64,000 nt of DNA, taken from contig CAWJCS010000006.1 in NCBI GenBank assembly GCA_963841435.1, forward strand, positions 1,504,001 to 1,568,000, given 5' to 3'. The stretch comes from an uncultured delta proteobacterium. Lineage in GTDB: Bacteria; Myxococcota_A; Polyangia; Polyangiales; Polyangiaceae. Every line of letters begins with the position of its first letter. Within the stretch, counting starts at the first letter, position 1. The notes under the pieces were generated by a model. It saw only the letters and a program-made list of their open reading frames with translations, had not been told where the DNA came from and ran no database searches. Of the stretch, positions 23,965-33,433 are shown piece by piece. The position numbers were made by a program, and so were the translations under genes.

Positions 23965-25015
23965 TCACGGCGTCGCGTCACCGAGCTCGACCGCGTAGGA
24001 AGCGAGCGCGGTGTTGCCCCCGACGGCTCCGAGTGGCGTCCAAGGAGGGTTCGTGGTGCCGAGGCGCGCGCTGTTGTCGAGCACGATGAAATACTGGCCC
24101 GCGGGCAGAGGCAGACGCTGCTCGACCATGCCGCCCGGTAGCGCAGAAAATGAAAAGATTGGAGGGCCCGGGGGTGGCCCGAGGGGCGCGCCCGCGCCGA
24201 GCGCCTGGCGCCAAAGATCGCCCGTTCCTCGCGGCAGCACGAGCACGTCGAGCGCGGGACCCGTCACCGCGAGCCGCAGGTAGAGCGCCTGATCGGTGGT
24301 TTCGACCTGGAACGGACCGACGAGGACCATCTGATCTCTGGTGCACCTCGGCCGTCTCGCTCGCGAGCATGCGGCGCCCCTGTGAGGTAGCGAACGGTTG
24401 CGGCGGTCGCGCCGGTGGCGAGAGTTGTCCGAGCGCGAACGAGTCGCCCTCGTCGGCGCGCACCACCGTGAAGCCGCTCGCAAGCTCGGCCGAGACGACC
24501 TGGCCGCCGAAGCCGTTGACGAGGGAACCGAGCGGTCCCTGTGCTGCGCTGTCGAGAAGCTTCATCTCCACCGAGGTCACCTGGAAAACGGGGCCCGTGA
24601 CGACGCGCGCCGGGCGTGCCCACACGTAGGTGGCGTCCTCGGCGAGATAGAAGTCCATCCGGTATTCGACGCTCGCGAGCACGGTGAACGCCACGCGACC
24701 GGCAATTGGCGTCCAAGCCAGTCCGGTGCCCGAAAACGAGAGCGTGATGGTTTGGCTCGGATCGTTGACCTGAACGCTGCACTGCTCGGGGTAGAGCCTG
24801 CCGATGACGTTCGGGCTCGTTGCGAGCCGGAGCGGCGCGGACCGGCTCAGCATTTCGGGACAAATGCGGTTCGCGCCGAAGTTCGAGAACAGCCACCAAC
24901 GAAGCTCTGGGCTCGCGTTCACGGGACCCCGCGCGCAGGGGCAACCGACGAACGCGAGCGCAAGGAGCGTCGCAAACAAGCACCGCGAGTGGAGTCGGGA
25001 AGCGTCGCCCGTCAC
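23965..25015 (-). CDS. Hypothetical lipoprotein, split by a +1 frameshift near 24338
   Basis: GTG start overlaps the hemH stop; FVGC lipobox. Protein-like reading switches frame at ...ETAEVH / DQMVLVGPF... Confidence 0.55.
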
Positions 25016-25902
25016 GAGAGCCCTCGGGAAGCGATGTCGCTCAGCGCCTCGATGAGCCCCGCTGCGACACCGAGGGCGGGGACGCGTTCGAGCTCGAGCC
25101 CGAGCTCGGCGCACTGAGCGCGCGCCTCGACATCGAGGTCGTAGAGCGTCTCGACGTGCTCCGCCATGAACCCGAACGGCGCGACGACGACCTTCGTGAC
25201 GCCCCGCTCGCGAGCGCCCTCGAGCGCCGAGCGGAGCGTGGGCCCGAGCCAGTCGCCACCGTCGGCACCCTGGCTCTGGAACGCGAGCTCGTACGGCACG
25301 CCCAGGGCGTCGCCGATGGCCTGGGCGCTCGCGGCCACCAGGTCCCCGTACGGGTCTCCCGCCCGGACGACGGCCGTGGGCAGGCTGTGCGCGGTCAGGA
25401 CCAGCGCCGCTCCCGGAGAGAGCCTTTTCCGGATGAGCTCGGCCTGCGCCTGGATGAGCGCCGGGTGAGTGCCGAAGCTCGAAACGGCCAGGAGCGCCGG
25501 AACCTGCTCTCCGAGGGCCAGAAGCTCGCGCCGTTCCGCCTCCGCCGCCCCCTGATAGACGTGGACACTGAAGGGGGCGAGCGGGACGACGACGAGTCGT
25601 TCGAGACCCAGGGCTGCCGCGCGGCGTAGGGCGGACAGGATGCTTGGCTCGCTGAGCCTCATGCCCACCATTGCGGGGATGCCCAACGCGGCTCCCACGG
25701 CGGCCGCCTGCTGCTCCGTCACCTCGAGGAGTGGAGACTTTCCAATCAGCGCATAACGACGCTGCGTCTCGCGAACGAGCTCGGGCGACGCGGGGCGGCC
25801 ACGCCGGATCCGAGCGAGAAAGGCAGGTATTTCATCGAGTTTCTCGATGGTTCCATGCGCCAGGAATAGTGCCCCGTCCCGTGTTGTTCGATCCGCCTGC
25901 AT
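25012..25902 (-). CDS. hemH: Ferrochelatase
   Basis: AHGT, FL..IRRG, RY..IG.SPL, TAHSLP, DPY, FQSQG, WLGP, EHVETLYDLD. Confidence 0.88.
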   Translation of the reverse strand: MQADRTTRDGALFLAHGTIEKLDEIPAFLARIRRGRPASPELVRETQRRYALIGKSPLLEVTEQQAAAVGAALGIPAMVGMRLSEPSILSALRRAAALGLERLVVVPLAPFSVHVYQGAAEAERRELLALGEQVPALLAVSSFGTHPALIQAQAELIRKRLSPGAALVLTAHSLPTAVVRAGDPYGDLVAASAQAIGDALGVPYELAFQSQGADGGDWLGPTLRSALEGARERGVTKVVVAPFGFMAEHVETLYDLDVEARAQCAELGLELERVPALGVAAGLIEALSDIASRGLS

Positions 25903-26168
25903 CAAAGCGACCGCGCGCACTCTAGCCTCGTTCGCTCCGCCGATGCTCCCCAGAGTCGCGCCCGAGAAGCCAGAACGCCGTGGCTCGGGATGACACCCGA
26001 CGGATCTGGTGACCCAGGGGGGCCGTGAGGATCGACTCTTGCGGGGAGGGGGTATGCTGAGGTAGGTAAGAGACGCTGGGTGACGTACATGAACACTCGG
26101 ATTCATCCAGTCTTATCGATGGTATCGTTGATGGTCGCTCCGGGGGGCAGACGAACGGATCCCGAGAC

Positions 26169-27626
26169 GTGATCGAACGAGCTGAGGGAGTCATTGTCGC
26201 AGCGCGTTACCGCCTCGTGCGCGAGCTCGGGGTCGGCGGCATGGGCAAAGTCTGGCTCGCTCAGGATCTACTGCTCGACTCGCCGTGCGCGCTGAAGCTC
26301 ATCGACGACGACAAGGCGAAGAGCGAAGAAGTCCGGCTGCGTTTCGCGCGCGAGGCGAAGCTTGCCGCGCAGCTGCGCGGCGCGCACGTCGTGGACGTCT
26401 TCGAGCACGGAGAGTGGGACGGCACGCCGTTCATCGCCATGGAGTTTTTGGACGGGGAGGACCTCGCGACGCGGCTCGAGCGGCGCGGGTACATCGAGCC
26501 ACACGAAACGTATCGCATCGTGGCACACGTCGCGCGCGCCCTCGCTCGTGCGCACGCATACGGCGTCGTGCATCGCGACCTCAAGCCCGAGAACGTCTTC
26601 CTCATCCCCGGCGACGACGGCGAAGTCGCCAAAGTACTGGATTTCGGTATCGCCAAGCACGACGCCTATTCCATCCGCGACAAGGCGACGAAGACCGGAT
26701 CGCTGCTCGGAACGCCGTATTACATGAGCCCCGAGCAGGCTCGCGGCAAGGAAATCGACCACCGGTCCGACCTCTGGTCGCTCGGCGTGATCGCGTTTCA
26801 GTGCCTCACGGGCGCGCCCCCCTTCGAAAGCGAGGCGCTCGGTGAGCTGATGGGCTTGATCCTCTACGAGGAGCTGCCGACGGTCACCGAGCGCAAGCCC
26901 GCGCTTCCGGCCACGCTCGACGACTGGTGGGCGCGAGCTGCTGCACGCGATCGCGACGCTCGTTTCGGTTCGGCCAAGGAGCTCGCCGACTCGCTCGGTG
27001 CCGCACTGGACATCGAGCCGTTGCTCCAAGTGCCCACCGTGTTCCCGACGCGGGCGAGCTTCCCCGAGCTCGAGCGGCTCGCAACTCCCCTTCCCTCCAC
27101 CCGTCAACGGCTCTCCAGCCACCCGTCGCCGACCACGGGCTCCGACGAACGCAGCACCGACGCTCCGCTCTCGCACACGCGGCATTCCGAAATCCCGGAG
27201 TTCTCGAGCTTCAAGGCGGCGCTTTCGAACCCGCCGGGGGCTCGCTTCTTCCGCAAGCTGCAGTCCGCGCGTCGACGCCAGCTCGTGGGCGCGGCGGTCG
27301 TGCTCGGCGTTGGCGCGGGCGTGGGGCTGACCGTGCTCGTCACGAGCGCCGAGCAGCCCCCGCCGCCGGTGCCAGCCGTCGCCGTGCCGTCGCCGCCCCA
27401 CCCCGGGCTGGACAAGACGCCCGTGGTGTTGCCGGGCCCGAGCCTGCCCGTGAGCGTCCCGTCGGCGAGCGCTGCCCCGTCTGCATCGGCAGAACCCTCG
27501 ACCGCGTCTTCCGCGGAAGCCGAGGAGCAGGAAAAGGACTCCTCGTCGAAGTCGTCGTCGAAGTCACGGCGCTCGACGCCGAAACCGCTGTCGACCAAGC
27601 CCCCGCGACGCGACTACGGCATCTGA
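26169..27626 (+). CDS. Membrane-anchored Hanks-type Ser/Thr protein kinase
   Basis: GVGGMG, ALK, HRDLKPEN, DFG, GTPYYMSPEQ, one TM, Pro/Ser-rich tail ending DYGI. Confidence 0.92.
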   Translation: MIERAEGVIVAARYRLVRELGVGGMGKVWLAQDLLLDSPCALKLIDDDKAKSEEVRLRFAREAKLAAQLRGAHVVDVFEHGEWDGTPFIAMEFLDGEDLATRLERRGYIEPHETYRIVAHVARALARAHAYGVVHRDLKPENVFLIPGDDGEVAKVLDFGIAKHDAYSIRDKATKTGSLLGTPYYMSPEQARGKEIDHRSDLWSLGVIAFQCLTGAPPFESEALGELMGLILYEELPTVTERKPALPATLDDWWARAAARDRDARFGSAKELADSLGAALDIEPLLQVPTVFPTRASFPELERLATPLPSTRQRLSSHPSPTTGSDERSTDAPLSHTRHSEIPEFSSFKAALSNPPGARFFRKLQSARRRQLVGAAVVLGVGAGVGLTVLVTSAEQPPPPVPAVAVPSPPHPGLDKTPVVLPGPSLPVSVPSASAAPSASAEPSTASSAEAEEQEKDSSSKSSSKSRRSTPKPLSTKPPRRDYGI

Positions 27627-28795
27627 CAAGAGATCGCCTGCGCGTACGGGGCGTTGCACACGTTGCCGTCCGTGCAGGTCCGATAGCTCGTCCAGACGTC
27701 GCGGCCCGCGCTGCAACGCTCGATGACGATGTCGCTCCTGCAGCGCAAGTTCCCCAGGCTTCCGCCGCACGTTGGGGCGACGCAAGTGTGATTGAGCTCG
27801 TCGCACAGCGCTGCGGTCGTGCATTGCTGCTGTGGCACGTACTTGCCCGAGACACAGCGTTCGAGCGCCCCGTCGTTGCAACGCACGGCCGCCTCCGGAC
27901 AGGGGCCCGGCACGCAGCCTTCCGGCGTGCAGACGTCCGAGTCTTTGCAGCGCTCGATGCGCTCGAAGCGGGACAAATCGGAGCTGCAGACTTGCCGGTC
28001 CTGACCGGCGCAGCGCTGCTCGCCCGGTGAGCATGCCGGAGGCAGGCAGCGCCCTTCCGTCGCGCTGCACAGCGTGGGGCTTGCGCAAGCCTCGCGCTGA
28101 CTCCAGACGCGGTCGGCGCCACAGAACTCCAAAAACGGGCCGAGATTGGTCGTACAGCGAACGGCGCCGGGCGTGCTGCAGGTCGGCGCGGCGCATTCGT
28201 CGCCGCAAGAGGGGCCAACACAGTGTGCCGGCCGGCCCGCTGCCACGGCTTCGGCGGCCGCGTCGGCGTCGCACAGGTCGGCGCTCCCGCAGTCCTCGAC
28301 GAGCTCGTAACCGTCCTGGTTGTCGCGGCACTGAACGAGCGCGGCGTTGTCGCAATGGAAGCCGCCCGCGGGCGAGCAAATCGGCGTCGCACAGACCCCG
28401 CTCTTGCGATCGGCGGCCACGGTGCACTGGACCGGCGTGGGACAGGTATCGACGGGCTGAAACTGCCCCGCCGCATCGCAGCGCGAAAGCGCCGTGCCGT
28501 TGCAGGCGAACTCGCCTTCGAGGCACGGGCGGCAGGAGCCAGCCGTCGCGTCGCAGGTCGCGGGTGCCTTGCAGGTTTCGACGGGCTCGAAGCCTCGTCG
28601 GTCGTCCGCGCAGACCTCGAGCGTGTCACCGTCGCAGAAGAACGCGTTGGGCTCGCACGCGCTGCCGAGCCCCGAAGGCTTGGGCGGCGACGGATCGAGC
28701 TCGAAGTCGCCGAGCACGACCTGGCAGCCCAACGTCACCGCGGCCGCCACACAGCCGACGACGAACCCGGTTAGGTACAGATGCCCGCGGTGCAA
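27614..28795 (-). CDS. Cys-rich repeat lipoprotein
   Basis: TLGC lipobox then QVVLGDFE; repeated C..G..RC.G..L..C modules. TTG start at 28795 is inferred. Confidence 0.7.
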   Translation of the reverse strand: MHRGHLYLTGFVVGCVAAAVTLGCQVVLGDFELDPSPPKPSGLGSACEPNAFFCDGDTLEVCADDRRGFEPVETCKAPATCDATAGSCRPCLEGEFACNGTALSRCDAAGQFQPVDTCPTPVQCTVAADRKSGVCATPICSPAGGFHCDNAALVQCRDNQDGYELVEDCGSADLCDADAAAEAVAAGRPAHCVGPSCGDECAAPTCSTPGAVRCTTNLGPFLEFCGADRVWSQREACASPTLCSATEGRCLPPACSPGEQRCAGQDRQVCSSDLSRFERIERCKDSDVCTPEGCVPGPCPEAAVRCNDGALERCVSGKYVPQQQCTTAALCDELNHTCVAPTCGGSLGNLRCRSDIVIERCSAGRDVWTSYRTCTDGNVCNAPYAQAISCQMP

Positions 28796-31700
28796 TATCC
28801 GCTCGTGCAGTCGCCGTCCACGGCGCACTCGGCGCACATGTCCGGGGGACCCGTGAGACAGCCAAAACCACAGGTCGCGGGAGCGCCCCAGCGCGAGTCC
28901 GCCCCGCAAGTCAAGAGATTGCCACTCTGGCAGAGCGTCGCCCCAGGCGTGCAGACGGCGCAGTAATCGGTGTTGCTACTCATCACGTCGATGCAGCCGA
29001 GAGTGCAGGCCACGCCGGCACCCCACTTCTGGTTGGAGCCGCAGGTTTCGAGATTCGCGCCGTTGCAGCGCGCTTCGCCCGCGGTGCAGACGGCGCAGTA
29101 GTCGGCGTTGCCCGTCAGGTCGACGCAGCCGAGCGACGAGCAGGCCACGCCGGCGCCCCACTTCTGGTTGGACCCGCAGGTCTCGAGGCTCGAGCCGTTG
29201 CAGCGCGTTTCGCCTGCGGTGCAGACGGCGCAGTAGTCGGCGTTGCCCGTCAGGTTGACGCAGCCGAGCGACGAGCAGGCCACGCCGGCGCCCCACTTCT
29301 GGTTGGACCCGCAGGTCTCGAGGCTCGAGCCGTTGCAGCGCGTTTCGCCCGCGGTGCAGACGGCGCAGTAGTCGGCGTTGCCCGTCAGGTCGACGCAGCC
29401 GAGCGACGAGCAGGCCACGCCGGCGCCCCACTTCTGGTTGGAGCCGCAGGTTTCGAGGCTCGTGCCGTTGCAGCGCGTTTCGCCCGCGGTGCAGACGGCG
29501 CAGTAGTCGGCGTTGCCCGTCAGGTCGACGCAGCCGAGCGACGAGCAAGCCACGCCGGCGCCCCACTTCTGGTTGGAGCCGCAGGTTTCGAGGCTCGAGC
29601 CGTTGCAGCGCGTTTCGCCCGCGGTGCAGACGGCGCAGTAGTCGGCGTTGCCCGTCAGGTCGACGCAGCCGAGCGACGAGCAGGCCACGCCGGCGCCCCA
29701 CTTCTGATTGGAGCCGCAGGTTTCGAGGCTCGTGCCGTTGCAGCGCGTTTCGCCCGCGGTGCAGACGGCGCAGTAGTCGGCGTTTCCCGACACGTCGACG
29801 CAGCCGAGCGACGAGCAGGCCACGGCGGTGCCCCACTTCTGGTTGGAGCCGCAGGTTTCGAGGCTCGTGCCGTTGCAGCGCGTTTCACCCGTGGTGCAGG
29901 CGGCGCAGTAGTCGGCGTTACCCGTCACGTCGACGCAGCCGGGCGGCGAGCAGGCCACGGCGGTGCCCCACTTCTGGTTGGAGCCGCACGTCTCCAGGCT
30001 ATTGCCGTTGCAGCGCGCTTCCATACCAATGCAAAGAATGCAGTAGTCGGCGTTGCCCGCCGCGTCGTAGCACCCGAGCCCGCAGGCCATGCCGGCACCC
30101 CACTTCTGGTTGGAGCCGCAAGTTTCGAGGCTGGTGCCGTTGCAGCGCGTTTCGCCCGTGGTGCAGACGGAGCAGTAGTCGGCGTTGCCCGTCACGTCGA
30201 CACAGCCGAGCGACGAGCAAGCGACGGCGGCACCCCACTTCTGGTTGGACCCGCAGGTCTCGAGGCTGCTGCCGTTGCAGCGCGCTTCGCCACTCGTGCA
30301 GACCCCGCAGTAGCTGCTGTTCCCGGTGCCGAGGCAGCCGAGCGGGCAGGGCGTCGTGGTGCCCCAGCGCGAATCCGTCCCGCAGGTCTGCAGGCCAGAG
30401 CTCGTGCAGCGAAGGTCAGCTGGGGTGCACACGGCGCAGTAGTCGGCGGTGCCGTAGTCGATGCAGCCGAGAGCGCAGGCCGTCGTGCTCGCCCAGGTCT
30501 TGCGATCCGCCGCGCAAGTCTTGAGGTTCGAGCCCTCGCAGCGCTTCTCGGACCCGACGCTGCACACGGCGCAGTAGTTGCCGTCGTAGTACATGGTGGC
30601 CGGCGTCCCGTTGACGCACGTTCCCATGACGGTGGCGCAGTCGGTCGTGGAGTCCCAGCCGTTGCGGCCGGTTTGGCACGTCTCGAGCTTCGTGCCGGTG
30701 CAGCGCGTGCTACCGAGTGTGCCGCCGCAGACGGGCTGACCGCAGACACCATCCGTGCCGATCCCCCCGGCGCAGGTGTCGTTGAGCCCGCAGGTGCAAA
30801 GCTCGCTCGTCTTGCAGGTTGCCACGCCCGTCCAGACGGGCGCCCCCGTGACGCCGCTGCACCCTTCCCGGGTCGCAATGCTGCACCGATCAGGTGGGTT
30901 CGGGCACTGCGTGACGCACGGCGGACCGTTCACGTCCGTGTTGCACGACTCGGTGGGGGCGCATTCAGTGACCGGGTCGTAGTCGGTGAGGTCGTCCTTG
31001 CATTGGGTGAGGAGCGAGGGGTTCAAATCATCGCAGTGCAGGGCCCCACCGGGCTCGCACGTCGGGGGCAAGCAGCTCCCGTTCGCCGCGATGCAAAGCG
31101 CATCGGAGCGGCACGTTTGCTGGGGTTCCCAGGCCGTCTGTTCCGTGTTGCATTTCTCGAGGACCGGGCCGGTGCACTGGAATGCATCCGGGTAGGGGCA
31201 GCGCGGGATCTCGCAGCCGCCGACGAACAGTCCCGTGTCCGGATCGGGCGCGATGACGCACAGACTCGCGTTGACACACTCTTCGGGCTCGCCCCAGACC
31301 TGCGCGTCGGTGCAATGCTCGAGCGTGGCGCCGTTGCACTGAAGGTCACCGGGGGTACACGGGCCGGTGCAAGCCTGCTGATTGGTGTTGCACTGGTAGG
31401 GGTCCTCGCAGAGCTCAATCTGCTCCCAACCGAGCAAATCGTCCTGACAGCGTTCGAGGGACTGCCCCATGCACCGGTACGAGCCCGCCGGATAGCAGAC
31501 CGGGGGCATGCACTTCCCTCCCCTCGTATCCGCGGCGTTCGGGTCATCCAGCGTCGCCTGACAGAGCTCGACCGAACGGCAGCTGTCCACGGGTGTCCAG
31601 CCGGTTTGATCGGGGGCGCAACGCGAAAGACCGAGGCCATCGACGGGGTCGCAGCGGTACATCCCCGGCGTGGGGCACACCGGTTCCATGCAGGATCGCG

Positions 31701-32232
31701 GCGCATTGTCGGGATCGGCCACGATGGCGTCGGCACTGAGCTGGCAGAGCTCCTTCGTCGTGCAAACGCCGAGCGACGACCAGTGCAGGTCGCCGTTGCA
31801 CTCGAAGAGCTCGTTCTGGTTCGCTCCCGAGCACTGGGGCGGCTCGCTAGGATCGCAGACCTTGCACGAGCGTGAGTTCAGATTGCATTCGTCGGCCGTC
31901 GCGCAGGTCTTGACGGTCATCCACCCCGTGCGTTCGGCGTTGCACGTCTGCAGGTTGACGCCGTCACAGCGGTAGTCGCCCGGACTGCAAACGGTGCACA
32001 CGCCGAGCGTCGAGTCGCACTGCGCCTCGGTGGCGCAGGTGTCGATCAGCGTGTAGGCGTCGCCGCCCGACGTGACACAGAAGAGCCAAGCCTTGCTGCA
32101 GCGATACGTCGTCCCGTCGCAACTCTCGCGGACGTCGTGGAAATCCTGAACCTCGAAGTCTCCGAGCACGAGTTGGCAGGAAAGCGCACAGAAAAGCGCC
32201 AGCACGACCGCCAGGATCGCGCGCCTCGGCAC
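28771..32232 (-). CDS. Large Cys-rich repeat lipoprotein (1153 aa)
   Basis: ALSC lipobox then QLVLGDFE; about 20 Cys modules, ten of them closely similar 45-aa units. Confidence 0.8.
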   Translation of the reverse strand: MPRRAILAVVLALFCALSCQLVLGDFEVQDFHDVRESCDGTTYRCSKAWLFCVTSGGDAYTLIDTCATEAQCDSTLGVCTVCSPGDYRCDGVNLQTCNAERTGWMTVKTCATADECNLNSRSCKVCDPSEPPQCSGANQNELFECNGDLHWSSLGVCTTKELCQLSADAIVADPDNAPRSCMEPVCPTPGMYRCDPVDGLGLSRCAPDQTGWTPVDSCRSVELCQATLDDPNAADTRGGKCMPPVCYPAGSYRCMGQSLERCQDDLLGWEQIELCEDPYQCNTNQQACTGPCTPGDLQCNGATLEHCTDAQVWGEPEECVNASLCVIAPDPDTGLFVGGCEIPRCPYPDAFQCTGPVLEKCNTEQTAWEPQQTCRSDALCIAANGSCLPPTCEPGGALHCDDLNPSLLTQCKDDLTDYDPVTECAPTESCNTDVNGPPCVTQCPNPPDRCSIATREGCSGVTGAPVWTGVATCKTSELCTCGLNDTCAGGIGTDGVCGQPVCGGTLGSTRCTGTKLETCQTGRNGWDSTTDCATVMGTCVNGTPATMYYDGNYCAVCSVGSEKRCEGSNLKTCAADRKTWASTTACALGCIDYGTADYCAVCTPADLRCTSSGLQTCGTDSRWGTTTPCPLGCLGTGNSSYCGVCTSGEARCNGSSLETCGSNQKWGAAVACSSLGCVDVTGNADYCSVCTTGETRCNGTSLETCGSNQKWGAGMACGLGCYDAAGNADYCILCIGMEARCNGNSLETCGSNQKWGTAVACSPPGCVDVTGNADYCAACTTGETRCNGTSLETCGSNQKWGTAVACSSLGCVDVSGNADYCAVCTAGETRCNGTSLETCGSNQKWGAGVACSSLGCVDLTGNADYCAVCTAGETRCNGSSLETCGSNQKWGAGVACSSLGCVDLTGNADYCAVCTAGETRCNGTSLETCGSNQKWGAGVACSSLGCVDLTGNADYCAVCTAGETRCNGSSLETCGSNQKWGAGVACSSLGCVNLTGNADYCAVCTAGETRCNGSSLETCGSNQKWGAGVACSSLGCVDLTGNADYCAVCTAGEARCNGANLETCGSNQKWGAGVACTLGCIDVMSSNTDYCAVCTPGATLCQSGNLLTCGADSRWGAPATCGFGCLTGPPDMCAECAVDGDCTSGYCTAGICT
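28954..30300 (-). repeat. Tandem array of ten ~135-bp (45-aa) units
   Basis: Unit CTAGETRCNG(S/T)SLETCGSNQKWGAGVACSSLGCVDLTGNADYCAV; identical DNA at 29101 and 29641 (offset 4 x 135). Confidence 0.92.
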
Positions 32233-32236
32233 GGCG

Positions 32237-33262
32237 TCAGAACCTTCCCCGCAGGCCGATGGAGCCAGGACCGATCAGCGGTGTGATCGAAGCCTGGTTC
32301 GCTTCCGCGCTCCGATCCTTGACGAACAGCACGACGCCGGTTGCGACGCCGGCGAGCCCGACGACGAACCCGATGCCCGAGATCGTCCCGAGCGTGTGGT
32401 AGCGGCTGAGGTCGCCCGAAAGCCGACGCTGCTCCTCTTCGCTCGCCGAAGGGCATTTGCCGTCGGGGCCGGGGCACTGCTTGGCAAGGTCGGCGTGGGC
32501 GCCGAGCGCCATGGCGCCCGTGACCGTCCCGACCACGAGGCCGGCGCCGCCAGCGCCGAACGCGGCCCACATCGGCAGCGTGCTGTGCTCGCGCTCGTGG
32601 CCGACGGGGCGCGGCTCGTTGGATGGCTCGGAAAGGTCGATCGAGGGTGGTCGCTCGAGGGTCAGCGAGAGCTCGCGCTCCTCGCCTTCGCGCAGGGTCA
32701 CGCTCTGATCGCTGGAAACGAAGCCGGACGCAGTGACCCGCACCGCCCGCAATCCCGGGTCAACGGCGTGACGGCGACCGAGCTCGGTGAGCGGGATTGG
32801 AACGCCGTCGATGGTGACGCTGGGATCGCTCGGCCCATCGACGCGAATGACGAGCCAGGAGAGACGCGGCTCGAGGTCGGCGAGCTCCTTCTGCGCATCG
32901 ACGAACGCCTGTTTCCACGAAGCGGGCGCGCTCGCGGCGACGCCTTCGCGAATGACGAGGCGATAGCGCTCGCGAGCTTCGAGCAGGCGGCCGAGCCCGG
33001 TGAGAGAGCGCGCGTGGTCCACGACGATCGTGGGCGCGTGCACCAGCTGATCGGCGCGACGCAGACGGTCTTCCGCGGTCGAGTACTTCTTGGCAACGAG
33101 CGCTTCGTAGCCCTCTGCCGCGAGCGAGCGCGCCATCTGCCGATCGATCTCGCTCGGCGCCGCGTGCGCGCTTGCAGCGACGAACAACACGACCAGAGCA
33201 AGCGCCACACTCATCCACGGCGGGCGCCGCCCCACGCTAGCACCTACAATGTAAGGAATCAC
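32237..33262 (-). CDS. TPR + PEGA domain protein with C-terminal membrane/beta segment
   Basis: Signal peptide (AHA; likely start Met 33214), TPR-like helices, PEGA (VTIDG..VDPG...V.V.ASG), Gly-rich hydrophobic segments, terminal ...GLRGRF. Confidence 0.75.
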   Translation of the reverse strand: MIPYIVGASVGRRPPWMSVALALVVLFVAASAHAAPSEIDRQMARSLAAEGYEALVAKKYSTAEDRLRRADQLVHAPTIVVDHARSLTGLGRLLEARERYRLVIREGVAASAPASWKQAFVDAQKELADLEPRLSWLVIRVDGPSDPSVTIDGVPIPLTELGRRHAVDPGLRAVRVTASGFVSSDQSVTLREGEERELSLTLERPPSIDLSEPSNEPRPVGHEREHSTLPMWAAFGAGGAGLVVGTVTGAMALGAHADLAKQCPGPDGKCPSASEEEQRRLSGDLSRYHTLGTISGIGFVVGLAGVATGVVLFVKDRSAEANQASITPLIGPGSIGLRGRF

Positions 33263-33433
33263 CAGACACCCCCGTACCTCCAGTGTCGATTCTGCGCAAG
33301 TATGCTTTTCTCTTCTGCTCTCGGTTGGGCCTCTCCGGTCCGGTTGAGCGCGCCCGCCCGGCGGGGGTCGCCGAGCACCCTGGCTCAGCGCCGCGCCGTC
33401 ACCCAGCGCGGGCCGGCATCACCCGAGGCTCGA

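Noticed and set aside
28954-30300. Possible CRISPR array or DGR template repeat
   Set aside because: Units are contiguous, in-frame 135-bp coding repeats without unique spacers; no cas or reverse transcriptase genes.
27832-31875. 1347-aa repetitive plus-strand ORF
   Set aside because: Antisense mirror of the Cys-rich repeat genes, with Ala/Arg/Gly-biased shadow composition.
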